From Candidatus Kapaibacterium sp. (GTDB taxonomy: Bacteria; Bacteroidota; Ignavibacteria; Kapaibacteriales; UBA2268): a stretch of DNA of 64,000 nt. Position numbers and translations under genes: made by a program. Numbering within the stretch: position 1 is the stretch's first letter; each line of letters opens with the position of its first letter. The stretch lies in NCBI GenBank assembly GCA_026418625.1, contig JAOABA010000040.1:51978-115977 (forward strand), read 5' to 3'. Below, piece after piece: positions 8,453-18,266 of this stretch. The notes below the pieces were generated by a model. That model was not told the DNA's origin. It ran no database searches and saw only the letters and a list, made by a program, of their open reading frames with translations.

Positions 8453-11252
8453 TGATTTAGACAAATTACCGCTTCATTCTCGAAAAATATCCCAAAATTT
8501 AGTTGATATTTTAACAAATGCCACAGATGCAAGTTTCTATAGATATGTCCCCGAAGCAGTTATTAAGCCCGAAACAGAACAGGATATCCAAAGCCTTTTT
8601 CTGTGGTGCAAGACTTTCAACAAATATATTACTTTTAGAGCTGCTGGAACAAGCCTTTCTGGACAGGCTTTAACCGATGGAGTCTTGATAGATTTAAAAA
8701 ATGGATGGAATAAGTTCGAAATTAATAAAAGTATTGATTTTGCAACATCGGATTGTGGTGTTATAGCTGGTAAGATAAATGAAAAACTAAAAAAATTCGG
8801 AAAAAAAATCGGACCAGACCCAGCTTCAATTAATTCCTGCACTATTGGAGGCATTCTTGCTAATAATTCAAGCGGAATGTCGAGCGGAATTGAGCGAAAT
8901 CCTTATCATACTATTGAGTCTTTGAGATTTATTCTACCCTCAGGTTTAGTAATTGACACAAGCAAGCATGATTCCTCGTATCTAAAAAAATTCGAGCCAA
9001 ATTTGTTTAATGGTCTATTAGACTTAAGAAAAAAAATCGTATCGAATGATGAATTAAGAAATAAAATTATTAATAAATATAAAATCAAGACTACTATTGG
9101 TTATTCTCTTAACGCCTTTATTGATTTCGATTACCCTCTCGATATTCTTGAACATCTGATGATTGGTTCAGAAGGGACTCTTGGATTTATTTCCCAAGCA
9201 ACATTAAAATTATTCGAGGATTATCCTGTTAAACTGACAGGGCTTTTGATTTTTCCTTCCGCAAGGGAAGCTCTAAGACAGGTTGAATTGCTTAAGGAAA
9301 CCGGACCCGTAGCTCTTGAATTTATGGATTATTTTTCGCTGTTATCAGTGGAAAGTAAACTAAAGGAAGTTTATCCAAATCTTTCATTAGCTGAAGATAA
9401 TTCTGCACTTCTTTTTGAATTTGCAAGTTCAAGCGAAGAAGATTCAAAGCAAAAATTAGAATCAATAAAGCATTTACTGAAAGATTTTTATCTGGTAAGC
9501 AAGCCTTTAATTACAGATGATGATATTCAGCAATCAAAACTCTGGAGTATTCGGAAAGGTTTATTAGCCTCATTAGGAAATACTAAGGAATCCGAAACAA
9601 CTTTCATTCTCGAAGATATTTGCTTTCCCCTGAAAAGTTTACAGGAGGCTGTTCCTGATTTACAAAAGCTCTTTTCAAAATTTGAATATTATAGAACAGG
9701 TGTTTATGGTCACGGTTTAGATGGAAATATGCACTTTATGCTTACCGAGGATTTTAAAAGACCAGAAGCAGTCAATAGGTTATCTTCATTTATGAATGCT
9801 TTGTTTGACTTGGTGGTCGTGAAATATAATGGGTCACTCAAAGCAGAACACGGAACTGGCAGAAATATGGCTCCATACGTAAAAAAAGAGTGGGGAGAGG
9901 ATGCTTACGAAGTAATGCTTCAAATAAAAAAACTGATAGACCCTCATAATTTTTTGAACCCCGGAGTTATCATTAACGAAGATGACAAAATTCATCTGAA
10001 AAATATCAAAAATTATCCGAAGATAGAAAGTGAAGCTGATAGCTGCATAGAGTGCGGTTTTTGCGAAAGTCACTGCCCAAGTAAAAATCTGACCCTTACT
10101 CCAAGAAAAAGAATTGTTTTGCAAAGGGAGATTGCCCGAAGTTTTAATAGAATTATACCAAACGAATTAAAAAAGATTTATGATTACAATGAAAAAGATA
10201 CCTGTGCTGTTGATGGTATTTGCTCTGTTTATTGTCCCATTGGAATAAATACAGGAAATTTGGTAAAAATTCTCAGGCAAAATGATAAAAGTAATTTTGA
10301 ACTGAAAGCAGTAAAATATTTTGCCAGAAATTTTTCTCAACTTGAATTTTTTCTAAGATTGGGATTAAGAAGCCTAAATTTTATTCCAAAGCTCATAGGA
10401 ATTGAAAAGCTGAACAATACGCTGAAATATTTAAATAAAATTATTAATCTTCCGCTTCAGGAATGGAATCCTTATGTGAATTACCCATCACCAAGAATTT
10501 TCACAAGTCCCAATAAAGCCGATTTTGTATATTTCACATCCTGTGTTTCAAGAATAATGGGAAGGTATAAATCTCAAAATCTATCTTTAGCGGAGGCAAT
10601 GATAAAATTAGCAGAAAAGTCTGATTTAAAATTATATTTACCTGAGGGCTGTTCTGATTTTTGTTGTGGAACAATTTTTCATTCAAAGGGTTTTTCTGAG
10701 GCCGGAGATACTTCGGTTAACAAATTAATCAAACAGCTTTATTTATGGTCGGATGAAGGAAAGCTTCCAATAATAATTGATTCATCTTCTTGCAGTCAAA
10801 ATCTAAAAAATTGTGAGTCACACTTGGAAGACAGTCTCTTAGAGCAATATAAGAAATTAAAAATTATTGATGTTGTTGAATTTATTAATGATTATGTTAT
10901 TGACAAGTTAATTATTGATAAAGTTAAATGTGTAGTTCCTCACTATACTTGTTCAACAACAAGAATGGATTTGAACAGTAAATTCCATTCAATATTAGCA
11001 AAGTGTTCCGAAGAAGTTTTTGTGCCGTCTGAAACGAATTGTTGTGGATTTGCAGGAGACAGAGGATTTTTATTCCCCGAACTAACAAAAAGTGCAACCA
11101 AGGATGAGGCACAGGAGGTTATAGAATTTTCTTCTGAAAATAAAGTCTTTGGATATTATTCAACAAACCCACCTTGTGAAAATGCTATGAGCCACTCCAC
11201 GGGCTGTAATTATGAATCTATTGTATTTTTACTGCTTGAAGTTACCAGGTAA
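8445..11252 (+). CDS. FAD-linked oxidase fused to 4Fe-4S and CCG cysteine-rich domains (YdiJ / D-lactate dehydrogenase-like oxidoreductase)
   Basis: 935 aa. An FAD-binding PCMH-type N-terminus (..FRAAGTSLSGQA..) is followed by ferredoxin motifs CIECGFCESHCP and CAVDGICSVYCP. Two CCG-like motifs follow (CCGTIFHSKG, CCGFAGDRG). Overlaps the GT4 stop by 8 nt. Confidence 0.8.
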   Translation: MINDLDKLPLHSRKISQNLVDILTNATDASFYRYVPEAVIKPETEQDIQSLFLWCKTFNKYITFRAAGTSLSGQALTDGVLIDLKNGWNKFEINKSIDFATSDCGVIAGKINEKLKKFGKKIGPDPASINSCTIGGILANNSSGMSSGIERNPYHTIESLRFILPSGLVIDTSKHDSSYLKKFEPNLFNGLLDLRKKIVSNDELRNKIINKYKIKTTIGYSLNAFIDFDYPLDILEHLMIGSEGTLGFISQATLKLFEDYPVKLTGLLIFPSAREALRQVELLKETGPVALEFMDYFSLLSVESKLKEVYPNLSLAEDNSALLFEFASSSEEDSKQKLESIKHLLKDFYLVSKPLITDDDIQQSKLWSIRKGLLASLGNTKESETTFILEDICFPLKSLQEAVPDLQKLFSKFEYYRTGVYGHGLDGNMHFMLTEDFKRPEAVNRLSSFMNALFDLVVVKYNGSLKAEHGTGRNMAPYVKKEWGEDAYEVMLQIKKLIDPHNFLNPGVIINEDDKIHLKNIKNYPKIESEADSCIECGFCESHCPSKNLTLTPRKRIVLQREIARSFNRIIPNELKKIYDYNEKDTCAVDGICSVYCPIGINTGNLVKILRQNDKSNFELKAVKYFARNFSQLEFFLRLGLRSLNFIPKLIGIEKLNNTLKYLNKIINLPLQEWNPYVNYPSPRIFTSPNKADFVYFTSCVSRIMGRYKSQNLSLAEAMIKLAEKSDLKLYLPEGCSDFCCGTIFHSKGFSEAGDTSVNKLIKQLYLWSDEGKLPIIIDSSSCSQNLKNCESHLEDSLLEQYKKLKIIDVVEFINDYVIDKLIIDKVKCVVPHYTCSTTRMDLNSKFHSILAKCSEEVFVPSETNCCGFAGDRGFLFPELTKSATKDEAQEVIEFSSENKVFGYYSTNPPCENAMSHSTGCNYESIVFLLLEVTR

Positions 11253-11324
11253 TTATTTACTAATATGAATAGATTAAAGAATGGTATAAAAATTGAGTTA
11301 GTATAAAATGAATAATTATAAAAA

Positions 11325-12464
11325 ATGGAAGCAAATAAAAATAATCATGAAGAATTAACGAAAGTTCTCATTATCTCTGACGATTTGAAAACAGTTAATG
11401 AGATAAAAGAACTAAGCGATGAACTATTTATTTCTTTAGATTTTCTATCATCGGATAACATAATTAAATCCGGTGTTTCTTTGGAATCTCACGATATATT
11501 AATAGTTGATTCAGAATTGAAAGCAGTTAATTATAAAGATTTTTTGAGTATTTATAAGAATAATTTCGATAATATTTATACACCTATATTAATTTTAACC
11601 CCTAATGATAATAAAGAGTTCTTAAAAACAATTATCACGTTAAATGTAAATGATTATATCCTGAAACCTTTGAATTTGTATTTATTATTAATCAAATTAA
11701 AGAATTTAATTCTGATTAGTAATTTAAGTAAAATGCTCATTGAAGCAAGGAATGACTTTATTCAAAAAAACAAAGAAAAGAATGAATTGTTGGGTCTGAC
11801 TGCACACGATTTGAAGAATCCGATAAACAGCATATCGATGCTATCAAAAGTTTTAAGGGACGCTGATGAATTGTCACAGGAAGAAATCAAAGAATATTCC
11901 AGTGATATAGCATCAACTGCAGAGAGGATGCTATCCTTGATTAAAGAATTACTTGATTTTAATGCTATCGAAGAAGGAAGGATAAAAATCAAACCTGAAG
12001 AACTCGAATTAAACGAGATAATTTCAGAAGTAGCTGACTTTTACATGAAAAATGCTGAAAAAAAAGATATTTCAATAAATATTGAATTACCAGACGAGAC
12101 GGTTTACGTAAAGACTGATAGAAATGCTATTGTTCAAATTCTTGATAATCTTATTTCTAATGCTGTTAAATACACCGCACAGGGAAAAAAAGTAGGTATA
12201 ATTTTAAAAAAATCGAATAATTTAGCAATTGTAGAAATTAAGGATGAAGGTCCCGGATTTACCGAAGAGGATAAGAAAAAATTATTCCAGAAATTTTCAA
12301 AACTAAGTGCAAAACCAACAGCTGGAGAGCATTCAACAGGTCTTGGTTTATCAATAGTTAAGAAATATGCTGATTTGATTGGAGCTGATATAAAATTAGA
12401 AAGTGAAGCCGGAAAAGGCTCCACTTTCTTCATAACTTTACCGATTGTAGATATAGAAAATTAG
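11325..12464 (+). CDS. Cytoplasmic receiver-domain / histidine kinase fusion
   Basis: N-terminal CheY-like region (..ILIVDSEL.., ..YILKPLN). H-box GLTAHDLKNPINSI, N-box ILDNLISNAVKYT, G1 DEGPGF, G2 GLGLSIV. No TM segment. Confidence 0.8.
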   Translation: MEANKNNHEELTKVLIISDDLKTVNEIKELSDELFISLDFLSSDNIIKSGVSLESHDILIVDSELKAVNYKDFLSIYKNNFDNIYTPILILTPNDNKEFLKTIITLNVNDYILKPLNLYLLLIKLKNLILISNLSKMLIEARNDFIQKNKEKNELLGLTAHDLKNPINSISMLSKVLRDADELSQEEIKEYSSDIASTAERMLSLIKELLDFNAIEEGRIKIKPEELELNEIISEVADFYMKNAEKKDISINIELPDETVYVKTDRNAIVQILDNLISNAVKYTAQGKKVGIILKKSNNLAIVEIKDEGPGFTEEDKKKLFQKFSKLSAKPTAGEHSTGLGLSIVKKYADLIGADIKLESEAGKGSTFFITLPIVDIEN

Positions 12465-12472
12465 TTGGATTA

Positions 12473-14002
12473 CTATTTAGCAACTCTTTCGAGCCATTTC
12501 AACATAAATAACATAGTCAGCATTGAAATTAAACAGGCTATAACGAAAACAAGCCAAGTTAGCCAAATTGGCATATTGTCATAGAAAATAGCTCCGATGA
12601 AGAGCAACTGATTTCCCAAAGCAGTTGCACCAAGCCAACCACCCTGCATAATGCCCTGATATTGTGGTGGAGCAACTTTCGAAACGAAAGATATACCTAA
12701 TGGGCTGATGAATAATTCAGCAACAGTTAAAATAAAATATGTTCCAATCAAGAGCCAAGGTGTTACTCTTTGAGCGTCAGATAGACCTCCCATTGCAATG
12801 ACTTCGGATTTTAAGGGCAAACCGAATGAACCAATCATCATAAGAAGATAAGCGAGCGCAGCTATTAACATACCAATGGCAATCTTTTTGGGGGTTGATG
12901 GTTCGATACCTTTAGCGTTGAGCCAACCAAATATTGCCATAATTATGGGAGTTAGAATTACAATAAACAATGGATTTATTGATTGAAATATCTCGGCACC
13001 CTGAATGGTAATGAAACCTAAATTAATAGCTATTCCACTTAAATCTGTATAATCTTTTGCAAAGTAAGTCAGAGTTAAACCGTTTTGATGGAAAGAGAAC
13101 CAGAAGAAAATAACCACTCCAAAAACTGCAAATAAAGCATATAAACGTTGCTTGACTTCTCTTGCTTCCATTTGGACGGCACTTGGATCAACTGATTTGG
13201 ATACCTTTGGAGCGGGATTTGGAAATGTCTTTTTGTTTAGCATATAAATTAAGAAAGATATAAACATTGCTCCAACAGATATCGCAAAAGCATAATGGAA
13301 ACCTTCGGTGAATACATTCAGATAATCGTGTGTGAATGCTGATATATCGGTAACTACCTTGCCTGTAACTTCATTTGCAAGAGTTGCTAATCGTTCACTT
13401 GCCTCGGGTGTAATTGTCCCTTCGATTGATTTATGGCAGAGTTCTGGTAAATCTGGATTATATTTATAACCAAATCTTTCGAGCCAACCATTTCGCATCG
13501 CAATAGCCATTAATGGTGCAAATAAAGCACCAACATTAATAAACATATAAAATAGAGAGAAACCTGAGTCTCTCTTGCTTGAGTAGTCTTTGTTGTCATA
13601 CATTTGTCCTACCAAAGCCTGCAAATTTCCCTTAAATAAACCATTACCGAATGCTATTGTAAAAAGACCAAAGCAAGAGATAATCAGAAATAAAGTCTTA
13701 TCAGGCACTGGGGTAGGCGTTGGAATAGCTATCAATACATATCCGATAGCCATTATAATCAAGCCAGTCATTATAGTGCCTTTATAATTCCTTGTTCTAT
13801 CGGCAATCAATCCCCCGACAAAAGCAAGAATATAAATAGAGAAATAGAATATTGAATATATTATTCCTGCATCAGTTCCACTCAAACCGAATTTCGCCTG
13901 TAGGAATAATACAAGAATAGCCATCATAGTATAGAAACCAAAACGTTCGCCCATATTAGCTAACGCAGCAGCTAGTAAACCTTTAGGATGTCCTTTAAAC
14001 AT
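12473..14002 (-). CDS. Proton-dependent oligopeptide transporter (POT/PTR2 family, MFS)
   Basis: N-terminal MFKGHPKGLLAAALANMGERFGFY.. matches the ExxERFxYY-type POT signature. 509 aa, about 14 TM segments. Confidence 0.85.
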   Translation of the reverse strand: MFKGHPKGLLAAALANMGERFGFYTMMAILVLFLQAKFGLSGTDAGIIYSIFYFSIYILAFVGGLIADRTRNYKGTIMTGLIIMAIGYVLIAIPTPTPVPDKTLFLIISCFGLFTIAFGNGLFKGNLQALVGQMYDNKDYSSKRDSGFSLFYMFINVGALFAPLMAIAMRNGWLERFGYKYNPDLPELCHKSIEGTITPEASERLATLANEVTGKVVTDISAFTHDYLNVFTEGFHYAFAISVGAMFISFLIYMLNKKTFPNPAPKVSKSVDPSAVQMEAREVKQRLYALFAVFGVVIFFWFSFHQNGLTLTYFAKDYTDLSGIAINLGFITIQGAEIFQSINPLFIVILTPIIMAIFGWLNAKGIEPSTPKKIAIGMLIAALAYLLMMIGSFGLPLKSEVIAMGGLSDAQRVTPWLLIGTYFILTVAELFISPLGISFVSKVAPPQYQGIMQGGWLGATALGNQLLFIGAIFYDNMPIWLTWLVFVIACLISMLTMLFMLKWLERVAK

Positions 14003-14060
14003 TAATCAGCCTTTATTTATTGAAAAATAAATTAATTAAAAAAAACAATAATACTAAAAT

Positions 14061-14082
14061 ATACTTTTATGGCAAAAGTATT
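14061..14082 (-). terminator. Possible intrinsic terminator downstream of adk
   Basis: ATACTTTT-atggc-AAAAGTAT hairpin, with T-rich sequence following on both strands. Confidence 0.35.
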
Positions 14083-14112
14083 TTTTTGTTTTGAATTCTA
14101 TATGTTATTATT

Positions 14113-14763
14113 TTATATGTACTTATTGAGAACGGTCTGGATTTGCTTATATATGAAATCTATTTCACCAACACCGTCAATTTTATCAACAAGATTTTTC
14201 TTTGAATAATAATCAATCAAAGGCATAGTTTGTGCTTCATAGACTTTCAATCTATTCATAATTGGTTCTTCTTTATCATCATCTCGCTGATAAAGCTCTC
14301 CTCCATCGGCATCACAAACTCCCTCAACCTTTGGTGGATTATAAATCAGGTGGTATGATTTTCCGCAAGTTCGACATACTCTTCTGGCTGTCAGACGCTT
14401 CAAAAGTTCTTCATTTGGAACTTCAAGCACAAGGACTGTATCGAGTTTTTGTCCTAATTCTTCAAGAAGTTTATCAAGTGCTTCAGCCTGAGGAACGGTT
14501 CTTGGAAAACCATCAAGAATGTATCCATTCGCAAGGTCTGGATTTTTCAGTTCAACCCGAATCATCTCAATAATTAATTCATCGGGGACCAAAGCACCGG
14601 AATCCATATAGGATTGTGCTTTCTTGCCCAAATCTGTTCCCATTTTTCGGTTTGCTCTTAAAATGTCGCCTGTTGAAAGCTGAACAATATTATAATCCTT
14701 ACAAATTCTTTCTGACTGTGTGCCCTTGCCAGCTCCCGGAGGTCCCAAAAAAATGATTCTCAT
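14113..14763 (-). CDS. adk: Adenylate kinase (long form with Cys-containing lid)
   Basis: MRIIFLGPPGAGKGTQ P-loop. Lid CRTCGKSYH..C.DADGG. 216 aa. Confidence 0.95.
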   Translation of the reverse strand: MRIIFLGPPGAGKGTQSERICKDYNIVQLSTGDILRANRKMGTDLGKKAQSYMDSGALVPDELIIEMIRVELKNPDLANGYILDGFPRTVPQAEALDKLLEELGQKLDTVLVLEVPNEELLKRLTARRVCRTCGKSYHLIYNPPKVEGVCDADGGELYQRDDDKEEPIMNRLKVYEAQTMPLIDYYSKKNLVDKIDGVGEIDFIYKQIQTVLNKYI

Positions 14764-14814
14764 AGTATTCTCTCTTTTGTAAAACTTAAAAAAATGATAA
14801 TTTAAAATAAATAA

Positions 14815-16200
14815 TTATAAAGTAACCCTTAGCATAAGGTAAGCCCAAAATGCAATATCTTCTCTCTTCTTTTCATTCGATTTTCCCGGATTTACAGTCC
14901 ATATTTCTTTCATCAGCTTGCCGGGTAAGAAAAATCCTCCACCGCCTTCTATGACGCTGTTCTTGAAAATACTATATCGTAAGATATAATCTATTTCAGT
15001 TCCAAAATCTGTCAAATCTGTTGCACTTTTTTTATCTGATGTAAAGTAATGAATATCCAATTGTGCATACCAAGGACTGTCTTTTGGCTTATAAGAACTT
15101 CTTAAATAATAATCGTGAAGCCCAAGATTTCTCGTTGAAGTTTCTATAGTGCTGAAATAATCCATATATCCATAAATAGCGTGCTTAGTTGAGTATGTAT
15201 TATCAAAAACACGGAGTTTATTTGAATTTTTTGCAGTATCGCCTCCTTCAGTTCCCGAAACAATTTCTCCGTTCAAGGACACTGAAAGTTCTTTTAAGTC
15301 ATATTGAAATCTTGCTGCTATTGTATAGGCAGAAATATCATAATCAAAATAATTAACCGTTGTTTCGCCGGCTTTTTTTGTCCCTTTGGTTAATGTTCCA
15401 GCTTGATAGGCACCTTCAATCAATGTGCTAAATTCATTTAGTTTGTAATTTATTGAAGCACCACTTGTAAGTCTGTTAAGATTGACATTTCTTGAAGAAG
15501 CAAAGAGAGTGTCTTTAGCTTTTCTGTCAAGCTCATCTTTTCGCCTATCTGTCTCATAGTAAGAAAACAAGTCGAATGAGAGGTTTTCGGCAGGTTTTAT
15601 ATTAGCCCATAATCCATAAATGCTAAAACTTGTATCGGCATTTGGAGGATATGGATATGTGTTTTGATTGTAGTTAGCAGTAAAATCCTTGAAATATGTA
15701 TGTGTGAAATTAAAAACATCTACCCAGAAAGAGTTGAGTTTATATTTTATTAACAAACCGTCGAAGGTTCTTGAAGCATAATGCCACTGATTTGAACCAA
15801 AAAATCTGTTAGACCCATAACTATGCTCGTATCTTCCAGCTTTCGCAGATAAGGGTAATCCAAAAATGCTGTCTATTTCAGCAAATCCCTGATGTAAATC
15901 AACATTAAATATACTTGCTGTAGTGCTTTTTTCCTGTCCCCAAACACGAGAATCCTGAAGCTCAACAAATAGTTTAATTTGGTTAAGAACTTTTTTTTCA
16001 ACGCTCATTCTTGTTCTCATACTTGTTAATGAGTAAGGATATGTTTCGTTTAGAAAATCACGCCCATCAAGTTCAGACCTTATTTGTATTTGACCGCCGA
16101 AAATCCAATCGCTATTACCTTCTGAACGCACTTTAGAAGGTATGATTATTATACAAATGAAAATAATTAGAAGTATTAACTTAGTATAATTATGAATCAT
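14815..16200 (-). CDS. Putative outer-membrane beta-barrel/porin-like protein
   Basis: Signal-peptide-like N-terminus. Long run of alternating aromatic/polar beta-strand-like segments. The family is not recognisable by eye. Confidence 0.4.
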   Translation of the reverse strand: MIHNYTKLILLIIFICIIIIPSKVRSEGNSDWIFGGQIQIRSELDGRDFLNETYPYSLTSMRTRMSVEKKVLNQIKLFVELQDSRVWGQEKSTTASIFNVDLHQGFAEIDSIFGLPLSAKAGRYEHSYGSNRFFGSNQWHYASRTFDGLLIKYKLNSFWVDVFNFTHTYFKDFTANYNQNTYPYPPNADTSFSIYGLWANIKPAENLSFDLFSYYETDRRKDELDRKAKDTLFASSRNVNLNRLTSGASINYKLNEFSTLIEGAYQAGTLTKGTKKAGETTVNYFDYDISAYTIAARFQYDLKELSVSLNGEIVSGTEGGDTAKNSNKLRVFDNTYSTKHAIYGYMDYFSTIETSTRNLGLHDYYLRSSYKPKDSPWYAQLDIHYFTSDKKSATDLTDFGTEIDYILRYSIFKNSVIEGGGGFFLPGKLMKEIWTVNPGKSNEKKREDIAFWAYLMLRVTL

Positions 16201-16405
16201 AGATATTATTAATATAATTTTAAAAAAATAAGTTTTTTAATATAACCAAAGTGTTTTAATTAGTAAAAAATTAGTTAATATTATTTAATCAAAGTGTGTT
16301 TTTTATTAAATAATCGCTTCTAAATTTTTAAAATGATGGTTACGAAATGAAAGTTTGGCTGAATTTAGTTAATTTTGTTTTTTTTATTAGAAATTTTGGT
16401 GAAAA

Positions 16406-17608
16406 ATGACATTAAATCCAATAATACCTGCTCGTAAAACAGAAAACGTAACTTATGCTATTCGAGACATTATTCTTCTTGCTAATGAGGTTGCCAAAAC
16501 TGGTAAGGAAATGCTTTATCTTAATATTGGCGATCCAAATGTTTATGACCACTCCACTCCGAAGCATCTTATTGATATTATATACGATGCAATGCTAAAG
16601 AATTATAATGGTTATGCACCTTCAACTGGTGTAAAATCAGCTTTGGAAGCTATTGAAAGAGATGCAAACAAAAAAGGGATTGACAATATTCTCGATATTT
16701 TTGTTACTACAGGAGCGAGCGAAGCAATTGAACTTTGCCTGACTGCTTTGCTCAATCCGGGGGAGAATGTTTTAATTCCAACACCCGGATATCCGCTTTA
16801 TACTGCAATTCAAAGCAAATTGGAACTTATTGGAAACCCTTATTACCTTGATGAAAGTAATGGATGGCAGCCTGATATTGCGGACATTAGGGCAAAAATT
16901 AATAATAAAACAAAAGCAATTGTTTTGATTAATCCTAATAATCCAACCGGAGCCATTTATAAAAAAGAAACATTAGAAGAAATAATTAAAATAGCCCTTG
17001 AATACAATTTGGTCATATTTGCTGATGAAATTTACGATAAACTTCTTTTTGATGGAAATAAGCACATTTCAATAGCTGCTTTGAACAAAGATGTTTCAGT
17101 AATCACATTTTCAGGATTATCGAAAAATTATGTAGCTCCCGGATTTAGAATTGGTTGGGGAATTGTCTCAGGTCAGCAAAAAGTTTTAGGTGATTTTATT
17201 GAAGCAATTAACAAGCTTCTCAGGGCAAGAATTTGCGCTAACCATCCAATACAATATGCTATAGCACCCGCACTCGACGGTGATCAAACTCATTTGGTTG
17301 AATTAAACAAAAAACTTGAAAGGCGACGAGATATAACTATGAATCAGTTAGCGACTATACCGGGTATTTCTCTCGTTAAGCCAGAGGGTGCATTTTATGC
17401 ATTTCCGTCAATTGAAGTTGATGATGATGCTCAGTTTGCCGCAGGTCTAATAAAAGAAACTGGTGTTGTCATTGTTCCCGGGACTGGATTTGGTCAAAAA
17501 CCCGGCACAAGTCATTTCAGAATAGTAATTCTTCCTGATGAGAAAACGCTCGAAAAAGCTTTCAACCTTATAGCGGACTTTATGAACCGTTATGGAATTG
17601 GAAAATAA
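16406..17608 (+). CDS. Class I/II PLP-dependent aminotransferase (alanine/aspartate aminotransferase-like)
   Basis: ..LINPNNPTGA.. and the PLP-lysine motif ..FSGLSKNY.. are present. 400 aa. Confidence 0.85.
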   Translation: MTLNPIIPARKTENVTYAIRDIILLANEVAKTGKEMLYLNIGDPNVYDHSTPKHLIDIIYDAMLKNYNGYAPSTGVKSALEAIERDANKKGIDNILDIFVTTGASEAIELCLTALLNPGENVLIPTPGYPLYTAIQSKLELIGNPYYLDESNGWQPDIADIRAKINNKTKAIVLINPNNPTGAIYKKETLEEIIKIALEYNLVIFADEIYDKLLFDGNKHISIAALNKDVSVITFSGLSKNYVAPGFRIGWGIVSGQQKVLGDFIEAINKLLRARICANHPIQYAIAPALDGDQTHLVELNKKLERRRDITMNQLATIPGISLVKPEGAFYAFPSIEVDDDAQFAAGLIKETGVVIVPGTGFGQKPGTSHFRIVILPDEKTLEKAFNLIADFMNRYGIGK

Positions 17609-17628
17609 TATTATTATTGGGATAAAAA

Positions 17629-18060
17629 ATGGGAAAACACATAGTAAGAATAGACGTAGAATATCTTGGTGACCTGCATTGTCGCATAACTCACGGACCA
17701 TCGGGTCAACAATTCCTTACGGATGCGCCTGTTGATAATCAGGGCAAAGGTGAATTTATTTCACCTACTGATTTGCTCGGAACAGCCAGTTGTTCCTGCA
17801 TAGTTACAATTATGGGTATAGTAGCAAGAAATAATAACTTCGATATTACTGGTTTGAAAGCCTACGTAGAAAAAGAAATGGTTAATGATCCCTTTCGAAG
17901 AGTGGGAAAACTAACAATGTATTTTCATTTTCCCAGAAAATTAAACGATAAAGAGTTTGCTTTGATGAAAAATGTGGTGAATACTTGTCCAGTAACAAGA
18001 AGCATAAGTCCTGATGTGGAAATTGTAACGCATTTTTCATTTGAGGAAAACGACAAATAG
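17629..18060 (+). CDS. OsmC family protein
   Basis: 143 aa. Size and the paired Cys context (..GTASCSCIV.. / ..NTCPVTRS..) are typical of OsmC/Ohr-like proteins. Confidence 0.7.
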   Translation: MGKHIVRIDVEYLGDLHCRITHGPSGQQFLTDAPVDNQGKGEFISPTDLLGTASCSCIVTIMGIVARNNNFDITGLKAYVEKEMVNDPFRRVGKLTMYFHFPRKLNDKEFALMKNVVNTCPVTRSISPDVEIVTHFSFEENDK

Positions 18061-18266
18061 TTTTCCACAAGTTTCCAACATAGCATTTTAACTATTTGTT
18101 AATATAAAATAAATAATTAAATTACTTTTGTTACAATGGATTGTAACAAATAGTAGCTATCTCTATTAGTTATGAGTTAATCAAGGAGGATTTGACATTA
18201 AAAAAAAATGATTCAAATTATCCTTCTTTTTTTGGATTTAAGTGTGTTTGTGATAGATAGACAAGG

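Noticed and set aside
11325-12464. Candidate PorY partner kinase for PorX
   Set aside because: It has no TM segments, carries its own receiver domain, and lies 40 kb from porX. Nothing links the two.
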